From a bacterium (lineage in GTDB: Bacteria > UBA8248), in assembly GCA_965213685.1 (NCBI GenBank), contig CBDBZY010000009.1:1-27493 (forward strand): a stretch of 27,493 nucleotides of DNA. The letters run 5' to 3'. Position numbers and translations under genes: made by a program. Shown piece by piece: positions 1 through 6,611 of the stretch; position 1 is the stretch's first letter, and each line of letters opens with the position of its first letter. The notes under the pieces are model-generated. The model did no database searches and had not been told where the DNA came from. It saw nothing but the letters and a program-made list of their open reading frames with translations.

Positions 1-466
1 AAGCATCTTTTGCGGGTTGCTCGAAAAGCCGGGGGCTAGCGCCCGCATCAAGGGTTCGGCGAACCAAATCGCCATCAAGCAGGCGGCACTCCCCGCCAGG
101 ATCAGAAACACCACCATGGCGCCGGCGAATTTTCGCGCCTGGGCGGGAGCCGGAGCGTTCGCGCACCTCGGAATAGACGGGAAGGAACGACGCGCTCAGC
201 GCCCCTTCCATGAACATGCGCCGGAAAAGATTGGGGACGGCGTAGGCGACAAAAAAGGCGTCGGCCATCATCGCGGCGCCGAAAAACTTGGCGATGAGCA
301 GGTCGCGGAAAAATCCCGCGAACCGGCTGATGAGCGTCGCCAGGCTGAAGGGGCCCGCAAGCCGGGAGATGCTCTCCCCCTCCCGGGAGCCGCCGCCCTC
401 TCCTGACGCGACTGCGGAGCGGCCCTCCCCTTCCCTGGGAACCGGAGATTCGGATGGCGTGGTCAC
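1..466 (-). CDS. murJ: Lipid II flippase MurJ (MviN), 5' part only; runs off the left edge; one apparent frameshift near 145
   Basis: Not in the ORF track. Manual translation from GTG at 466 (AGGA upstream) gives ...SLATLISRFAGFFRDLLIAKFFGAAMMADAFFVAYAVPNLFRRMFMEGALSASFLPVY, the typical MurJ N-terminus. After a 1-nt shift near 145 it continues AQARKFAGAMVVFLILAG...AEPLMRALAPGF. Divergent from rpsT, a common arrangement. Confidence 0.93.
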   Translation of the reverse strand, partial: MTTPSESPVPREGEGRSAVASGEGGGSREGESISRLAGPFSLATLISRFAGFFRDLLIAKFFGAAMMADAFFVAYAVPNLFRRMFMEGALSASFLPVYSEVRERSGSRPGAKIRRRHGGVSDPGGECRLLDGDLVRRTLDAGASPRLFEQPAKDA

Positions 467-493
467 AAAATTCCTGACACCGGGGCGGTGAAC

Positions 494-522
494 TTGACAA
501 CCCTTCGTTGCGGCGTGATATT
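494..522 (+). promoter_or_regulatory. Sigma70-type promoter for rpsT
   Basis: Perfect -35 TTGACA (494-499), 17-nt spacer, -10 GATATT (517-522). An extended TG-n-TATTTT (516-524) is an alternative -10. Confidence 0.7.
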
Positions 523-548
523 TTACCCGCGTTGCGCAGCAGGCTCAA
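520..548 (-). promoter_or_regulatory. Sigma70-type promoter for murJ, overlapping the rpsT promoter
   Basis: Minus strand TTGAGC (548-543), 17-nt spacer, TAAAAT (525-520); about 55 nt upstream of the murJ GTG. Confidence 0.55.
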
Positions 549-588
549 AAGAAGCGTCGACACCCATATTCACGGAGAATCCAGCAAA

Positions 589-843
589 TTGCCACACACT
601 CCTTCGGCCAAAAAGCGAAATCGCCAGAACATTGTCCGCCGCTCCAGAAATCGCGCCGTTCGCTCCCAGTTTCGCAACACCATCAAACGGCTCCTGGATA
701 GCGAGGAGAACTCCCCGGAGCTGCTGAGCAAGGCCCAATCGCAACTGGACCGCGCGGCCGCAAAAGGGATCATCCACAAAAAAACGGCGTCCAGGCGGGC
801 GGGAAGGCTGGCGAGGCGGGTTCACGCGGCGTCCTCCGGATAG
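589..843 (+). CDS. rpsT: 30S ribosomal protein S20
   Basis: MPHTPSAKKRNRQNIVRRSRNRAVRSQFRNTIK...LDRAAAKGIIHKKTASRRAGRL is S20-like. TTG start at 589 with GGAG at 574-577 (the ORF track start at 508 is too far upstream). Confidence 0.96.
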   Translation: MPHTPSAKKRNRQNIVRRSRNRAVRSQFRNTIKRLLDSEENSPELLSKAQSQLDRAAAKGIIHKKTASRRAGRLARRVHAASSG

Positions 844-1886
844 CTATGACGCGCGCTTGCCGCTCGCAGGGGCGCGCGCGTCCATCAGGAACAACTCCAG
901 CGCCTGGCGGGCGACTCTCGCGTCGCTCGTCCTCTTCAGTTTGCGATCCACCTGAAGCAGTTTGCCATACAATTCGCGCAAATGGGCGGAGGGCAGGCGC
1001 CGGACCTGCCCCTCGAGCCTTTGCCCCACAAAAGGGGGCACGCCCAGTGCCTGGGAGATTCCGCGCGCGCCTCGCCCCGCTCCGCACGAGGGCCTTCGCA
1101 ATCGTCCAGCGCCGAATCAGGTTGCGCAACAACCCGGACGAACACGACGGGGTGCTCGGTCTCCATCATCCGCCGCAGCAGAGCCAGGGTCTCGCCCATG
1201 CTCCCCCCGTGGAGAGAATCGCCCAGCTTGTAGAGCATCTCCTCTTTGGAGTGCCCCACGACCTCCCGAATTTCCCGCTCGCCGGCGGGCGCGCCGGGCG
1301 TCAGGTAGGAGGCGACCTTCTCCAGCTCCGTGCTCAGCCTCCGCATGGAGGGCTTCACCATTTCCAGCAGCGCGTCGGCCGCCGCCGGCCGCAACTCGAA
1401 GCCCAGCTCCCCCGCGCGCGCGAGCAGCCATTGTCGCAACTCCTTCCCCTCCGGGGTATCCACCCGGCACACCACGCTCGCCTTCGCCAGGCGCTGGAAG
1501 AAAGACGTCCGCATATCGGCACTCTCCGCGCAAAAGACCAAGACGGTGGACGGAACCGGATCGTCGAGATAGGAGAGGAGGGCGGATTCATCCCTCCCCT
1601 CCGGCCTGAGGAAGTGCAGGATTTCGATGAGGCGCCTCTCGGCCATGAACGGCAGCGTCTGGGCGGTGGTGAGCACCCCCGCCGCGTCGGTCTCGGCCCA
1701 GTCGAGGCGATCATGGTTGAAGTCATCGGACGCGGCGTCGAAAACCTTGCGGCGAATGACGCGCAGGTACGCGTCGCGAAAAAAAGAGTCGTCGCCCCTC
1801 AAAAAGTACACGGGCTGCGTCGGCGCGTCCTGAACGTCGGAGAGCCCCGACAAGGAGGGCTTCGGCTCCTTGCGGCTCGGGGCCAA
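844..1886 (-). CDS. holA: DNA polymerase III delta subunit; two apparent +1 frameshifts (~1135 and ~1070)
   Basis: PVYFLRGDDSF...FNHDRLD...QTLPFMAERRL...ELEKVASY. The C-terminus continues through ORFs 770..1132 (LRNLIRRWTIAK) and 844..1101 (LGVPPFVGQRL...LLQVDRKLKRT...LELFLM). About 346 aa when corrected; follows lptE and converges on rpsT. Confidence 0.9.
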
Positions 1887-1887
1887 T

Positions 1888-2430
1888 CTAGAAACCCTCC
1901 AGGACGAGGCTGACGATATCCCCCGCGAGGGATTCGGCCGCCTTCGCGTGGGCGGTCGAACGGCTCACGCCGCTCTGGGCGATGGACGAGGAAACCGTGA
2001 ACTCCGCGTCCGACCCCCACCTCCTGGTCAATGAGCCACTTGTCCCTGCGCGTTGTCGCGCAGGCTTATCCGGGCGCGGATGAACAAGCGATACCGCCGC
2101 GCCTGATCCGCCCCCGTGAAGGCGGTGGGAACAAGACGATATGCGCGCAAAACGCCCTTCATCGATAGGTCCGCATTCCGGGGACCGGAAACCCGGAGGC
2201 GGCCGTCCCGCAGGAATTTCCGCCGCACCGTGTTCGTGACGATCCGATCGAGGCCCGGCTCATTCGTCTGGTTGGCGAATCTGGCTATCGAGATCGTTCG
2301 GGCTCCCCCCCAGCTTCTCGGACCGGCGGGTGCCTTCCAGTTGGTAGCCGCAGCCCGACGCGAGGAAGACGCCCAGGAGGAGTGCGGGGCAGAAGAATGC
2401 GCCCGCCGACTTCCAAAAAGACTTGTTCAC
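1888..2430 (-). CDS. lptE: LptE-family LPS assembly lipoprotein; three apparent +1 frameshifts (C7 at 2305-2311, ~2045, C5 at 2014-2018)
   Basis: GTG at 2430 after GAGGAGG. Signal peptide with lipobox (LLLGVFLASG-CGY), then FANQTNEPGLDRIVT...F.RDGRL...ADL.MKG.L..Y; ends LAGDIVSLVLEGF-TAG. Directly upstream of holA, as in the conserved lptE-holA pair. Confidence 0.85.
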
Positions 2431-2579
2431 ATGCACACCTCCTCAGGAGAGTTTCCGGCTTTCTTGCCTTCCGGAAAGTGATGCGCTCGCCCCGGCCCCA
2501 TCAACTCCTCATACTTCTCGCGGTCGGGCGTGCCCACGAGAGTATCGACGTCCGAAGCAACCGCCGGCCGGCCCCTGGG

Positions 2580-3035
2580 TCATCCAGCCCCTGGAAGAAG
2601 AGGAGGCGAAGGCGCATCTCCCTGGACCGCCATTTTCTCCTGGCGGAGGCGATCCAGAATCCCGTTCACGAAGCCGGGGGCGTTTTCCGGGCCATATCGC
2701 TTGGCCAGGCGGATCGCCTCATCCATCGTCACCTCCGGCGGAATGTCGGGACCAAAAAGCATCTCGCAAACGCCGAGGCGCAATATGCTTCTCGACACGA
2801 CGTCCATGCGTTCGAGAGACCATCGCGCACTCGCCTCGGCGAGCAAATCGTCAATCGGCTGGCACTTCTCCAAGATGATCGACACCAGTTTGTCGGCGAA
2901 CGACCTCGAATGCGCGTCCGTCGGATGCAGCCGCCAGTAGCAATCCACCTCCCTCTGCGTGAGGCGCCCGACGCGATCCGTATGATACAGGATATGAAAC
3001 GCGATCTCCCGGCCCGCCCGCCTGTTCTCCCGCAT
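2580..3035 (-). CDS. nusB: Transcription antitermination factor NusB
   Basis: RRAGREIAFHILY...WSLERMDVVSRSILRLGVCEM...DEAIRLAKRYG...FVNGILD; start overlaps the ribH stop. Confidence 0.95.
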   Translation of the reverse strand: MRENRRAGREIAFHILYHTDRVGRLTQREVDCYWRLHPTDAHSRSFADKLVSIILEKCQPIDDLLAEASARWSLERMDVVSRSILRLGVCEMLFGPDIPPEVTMDEAIRLAKRYGPENAPGFVNGILDRLRQEKMAVQGDAPSPPLLPGAG

Positions 3036-3544
3036 CAGTCCTGGCTCCCTCGCCCGGCGACCTCGTCCCCGTGCTTGTCCATGCGGGAAAACAGGTTCGC
3101 CATCTCCACCGCCGCCAGAGCGCCCTCATACCCCTTGTTCCCCATTTTCGTTCCCGCGCGCTCGATGGCCTGCTCAATCGTATCCGTCGTCAGGAGGGCG
3201 AAAATGGTGGGCACCCCCGTCCGGGCGCCCACCTGGGCGATTCCCTTCGTCGCCTCGGCGCACACCAAATCGTAGTGGGAGGTCGCGCCCCGTATCACGC
3301 AGCCCAGACACACGAGGGCGTCGCATCTCCCGGACTCCGCCATCTTCATCGCGGCGGCGGGAAGCTCGAACGCGCCCGGCACCCGCGCGTGCGCGACGTC
3401 GGAGGCGGACACGCCGCATTGCCGCAGCGCCGTCTCCGCCCCCCGCACGAGGTGAGCGACGATAAAATCGTTGAAGCGCGACGAGACGAGACCAATCCGC
3501 ATCCCGCGCCCGTCCAGGCTTCCTTCCATCATCAAATCATCCAT
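3035..3544 (-). CDS. ribH: 6,7-dimethyl-8-ribityllumazine synthase
   Basis: SRFNDFIV..L..GA, VPGAFELP, LGCVIRGATSHYD, EQAIERAGTKMGNKG motifs; GGAG upstream of ATG 3544. Confidence 0.97.
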   Translation of the reverse strand: MDDLMMEGSLDGRGMRIGLVSSRFNDFIVAHLVRGAETALRQCGVSASDVAHARVPGAFELPAAAMKMAESGRCDALVCLGCVIRGATSHYDLVCAEATKGIAQVGARTGVPTIFALLTTDTIEQAIERAGTKMGNKGYEGALAAVEMANLFSRMDKHGDEVAGRGSQD

Positions 3545-3563
3545 TTCTTCTCCGTCGCGCGCT

Positions 3564-4799
3564 TTAGGGGCGCTGCAGGTAGGAGACGCCGCCGCCCTTT
3601 CTCCTCCTCCGCAAGAGCGGCAGCGGCGGCTCCATGTCTATCGCCACCCTGTCCTCGAGTTCCAGGCCATACCCTTCGAGGGCCACGATCCTCCGCTCGT
3701 CGTTCGTCATGATCCGGATGCGCCGCAAGCCCAGGTCCACCAGTATCTGTGCGCCTATGCCGTAATCGCGCAACTCCTCGAACGGCGCGCTCCGGACCCC
3801 GATCCTCTCACCGGCGGCCGGCGGGGCGGGGCGCGGATTCTCTTTTTGTCTCGAGAACTCCTCCCCCATCAAGTCAGGCTGCAGGAACACCAGCACCCCT
3901 TTGCCCGCCTCCTGAATCTTGGCCAGCACGTTCTTGATTCGGTCCGGAGCATCCGAGCGCAAGAGCGCCAGCAAATCCCAGATGGCGTTCACCGGCTGCA
4001 CCCGGATGTAGGTGGGCTCATCCGGGGAGAGCTCCCCCATCACCAGGGCGGCGTGAATCCGTCCGCTGCTCTGGTTGTGATACGCATAGACCTGGAACGT
4101 GCCATACGCCGTCGGCAACTCGGCCTCCTCCACGCGCTCCACGAGGCGGTCGTGCCGCATGCGATAGGCGATGAGGTCCTTGATGGTCACCAGCGAGAGG
4201 CCGTGTTCTTGCGCTATTTTTCTCAAGTGAGGGAGGCGCGCCATCGAGCCGTCCTCATTCAGCACCTCGCAAAGAACGCCCGAGGGACGGAGCCCGGCCA
4301 GACGCGCCAGGTCGACCGTGCCCTCCGTATGGCCCGCGCGCCTGAGCACGCCCCCCGGCTGCGCGCGCAGCGGAAAAACGTGGCCGGGCGTCACCAGGTC
4401 CGACGGCCTGGCGTCATCCTGTATCGCGGTTTGTATGGTGTGGGCCCTGTCGAATGCGCTGATGCCCGTCGTGACGCCCTCGCGCGCCTCGATGGAGACC
4501 GTGAAGGCCGTGCCGAACGCCGATCCGTTCTGGCCGCTGGGCACCATCATGGGGAGGCCGAGAGACTCCACCTTCTCCGGCGTGAGCGCGAGGCAGACCA
4601 GCCCCCGCGCCCGCTTCGTCATGAAGTTGATCGCCTCGGGCGTCACCCGCTCGGCCGCCAGGATGAAGTCGCCCTCGTTCTCCCGGTCCTCATCGTCCAC
4701 GAGCACGACGATGCGCCCTTCGCGAATGTCGCCAATCGCCTCCTCGATGGAGGAGAAAGGCTCCTCCCGCAAGCCCTTTCCCCCTCGCGCCTCAGGCAT
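3564..4799 (-). CDS. ribB: DHBP synthase fused to a degenerate GTP cyclohydrolase II-like domain (RibBX architecture)
   Basis: N-domain has DDEDRENEGD, TAFTVSIEA, TTGISAFDR, PGHVFPL and RAGHTE. C-domain keeps LPTAYGTF and RDYGIGAQILVDLG...MTN but lacks the Zn-binding cysteines. Confidence 0.92.
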   Translation of the reverse strand: MPEARGGKGLREEPFSSIEEAIGDIREGRIVVLVDDEDRENEGDFILAAERVTPEAINFMTKRARGLVCLALTPEKVESLGLPMMVPSGQNGSAFGTAFTVSIEAREGVTTGISAFDRAHTIQTAIQDDARPSDLVTPGHVFPLRAQPGGVLRRAGHTEGTVDLARLAGLRPSGVLCEVLNEDGSMARLPHLRKIAQEHGLSLVTIKDLIAYRMRHDRLVERVEEAELPTAYGTFQVYAYHNQSSGRIHAALVMGELSPDEPTYIRVQPVNAIWDLLALLRSDAPDRIKNVLAKIQEAGKGVLVFLQPDLMGEEFSRQKENPRPAPPAAGERIGVRSAPFEELRDYGIGAQILVDLGLRRIRIMTNDERRIVALEGYGLELEDRVAIDMEPPLPLLRRRRKGGGVSYLQRP

Positions 4800-5442
4800 A
4801 GCCCTGATCCTTGAGCTTCTCCATGGTGATGCCGCCTCGAGACTCCGGGGCCGCGTGGGGAGCGAGCAGCTTCTCCACGTATTTTCCGATCAGGTCCGCC
4901 TCCAGGTTCACGGCGGCGCCGTCTCTCTTCTCCGTGAGCGTCGTCTGTGCGCTCGTGTGCGGGATGATGGAGACCGAAAACGCATCATCCTCGCACGCCG
5001 CCACCGTCAGGCTGATTCCATCCACGGCGACAGATCCTTTATAGACGACATAGCGCATCACCTCCACCGGCGCCTCGACGGTCAGCCAGACGGAGTCTCC
5101 CTCGTTGGTCCTGCCCCGGATTCTGCCCACGCCGTCGATGTGGCCGCTCACCAGGTGCCCGCCCAGCCGCGCGCCCAGCGCCATGGCGCGCTCGAGGTTG
5201 CATCTGTCTCCAACGCCCAACTCCCCCAGATTCGTGCGCCGCAGCGTCTCGACGGACAAATCGGCCTCGAAGCTTCTCGCGTCGAAACCCACCACCGTGA
5301 CGCAGGCGCCGTTGAGCGCGACCGAATCGCCCAGCCGCGCGCCGTCCAGAACGTCCGGCGCCTCGACGGCGATTCGCGCGCCTTTGGCATCCTTCCTCAG
5401 GGAGCGAATTACGCCGACCGCCTCGATGATGCCGCTAAACAC
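4792..5442 (-). CDS. ribE: Riboflavin synthase (alpha chain)
   Basis: MFSGIIE start, GDSVALNGACVTV, NLERA, GGHLVSGHIDG, KGSVAVDGISLTV, VNLEAD; GTG start after GGAGGAG. Confidence 0.97.
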   Translation of the reverse strand: MFSGIIEAVGVIRSLRKDAKGARIAVEAPDVLDGARLGDSVALNGACVTVVGFDARSFEADLSVETLRRTNLGELGVGDRCNLERAMALGARLGGHLVSGHIDGVGRIRGRTNEGDSVWLTVEAPVEVMRYVVYKGSVAVDGISLTVAACEDDAFSVSIIPHTSAQTTLTEKRDGAAVNLEADLIGKYVEKLLAPHAAPESRGGITMEKLKDQGYA

Positions 5443-6592
5443 CCGCCCGCTCCTCCGTCTCTTCCCATACTGGTTTTTTGAAATAGCCCTGAATCAACAG
5501 ATCATCGCCCACAACTTCATGTGTTACGTTAGATAGTCTGGGGAGGGATTGCAACGCCAGCGCGCCCAGGCCGGAAATCGCGCCCGGCGCCCGTGCGTCC
5601 CCCACCACCACGGGCGCCACAAAATACAGCAGGCGATCCGCCAAACCCTCCCGGATGAAGGAGCCGTGCACCCTCCCGCCGCCCTCCACGAGAACATGCC
5701 GCACCCCGCGCTCTCCCAGCGCCCGCAGCAGCGGCCCGAGGGACACCCGGCCCCGCCGGTCCGCCTCCGTCCGGAGGACTTCCGCCCCCGCCGCGCGCAG
5801 GGCCTTCTCCCGCGTGGAGGGTGCGGCGTCCGTGGCCGCGACGATGGTGGAGCTCCCCCCCGCGCGCGGCAAGACCCGGGCACTAGGAGGCGTCCGCAGC
5901 ATGGAGTCCAGGACGATTCTCGTCAACGGATGGCCCGGGACGCCATCGGGCCGCGCCGTGAGCAGCGGGTCGTCCGCAAGCGCCGTCTCCACGCCCACCA
6001 GAACGGCGTCCACCCGGTTTCGGAAACGATGGCCGGCGTTTCTCGCCGCCTCGCCCGTCAGCCATCGACTCTGCCCGCTTCGGGTCGCGATCTTTCCGTC
6101 CAGGCTCGCGGCGGCCTTCAGGGTGAGGAGGGGCCGGCCACGCTTCCACCAGTGAAAATAGGCTTCATTCTGGCGCACGGCCGCCTCGGCCATGACGCCG
6201 ACTTCCACCTCGACCCCCTTCGCGCGCAGGTGGGCGAAGCCGCGCCCGGACACCCGCGGGTTCGGGTCCGCGACGGCGGCGATGACCAAAGAGACGCCGG
6301 CCTCCGCCACAAAAGGCGCGCAGGGAGGCGTTCTGCCCTGGTGGGCGCACGGCTCCAGGGTGACTACCAGGACGCCGCCGCGCGCGCGGTCGCCCGCCTC
6401 CCGCAGGGCCAGCACCTCAGCGTGCGGCCCCCCCGCCTTGCGGTGCCAGCCGCGGCCCGCCACCTCTCCGGCAGAATCGAGAACGACCGCCCCGACGAGC
6501 GGGTTGGGACTCGTCGTCCCCTCCCCGCGCCCCGCGAGAGAGAGGGCCTGGGCCATCATCTCTTTTTTCCGATCGGCACGGAGGCGAATCAT
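5435..6592 (-). CDS. ribD: Bifunctional riboflavin deaminase/reductase RibD
   Basis: TSPNPLVGAVV, HAEV, TLEPCAHQGRTPPC, KAAASLDGKIAT, LVEGGG. The start could instead be the ATG at 6559. Confidence 0.97.
   Translation of the reverse strand: MIRLRADRKKEMMAQALSLAGRGEGTTSPNPLVGAVVLDSAGEVAGRGWHRKAGGPHAEVLALREAGDRARGGVLVVTLEPCAHQGRTPPCAPFVAEAGVSLVIAAVADPNPRVSGRGFAHLRAKGVEVEVGVMAEAAVRQNEAYFHWWKRGRPLLTLKAAASLDGKIATRSGQSRWLTGEAARNAGHRFRNRVDAVLVGVETALADDPLLTARPDGVPGHPLTRIVLDSMLRTPPSARVLPRAGGSSTIVAATDAAPSTREKALRAAGAEVLRTEADRRGRVSLGPLLRALGERGVRHVLVEGGGRVHGSFIREGLADRLLYFVAPVVVGDARAPGAISGLGALALQSLPRLSNVTHEVVGDDLLIQGYFKKPVWEETEERAGV
5526..5554 (-). promoter_or_regulatory. Candidate internal promoter in the ribD 3' end for ribE-ribB-ribH-nusB
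   Basis: Minus strand TTGCAA (5554-5549), 17 nt, TAACGT (5531-5526), within an AT-rich patch. Confidence 0.3.
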
Positions 6593-6611
6593 CGGGGAGA
6601 ACGCATCCCGC

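Noticed and set aside
508-588. N-terminal extensions implied by the ORF track for rpsT, ppdK, glyS, SPOR, recO, rpsU and aspS
   Set aside because: Homology begins at downstream starts that mostly have SD sequences; the extensions overlap promoters, spacers or neighbouring genes.
6593-6611. FMN riboswitch upstream of the riboflavin genes
   Set aside because: Only 19 nt separate ppdK from ribD, and no RFN consensus is visible.
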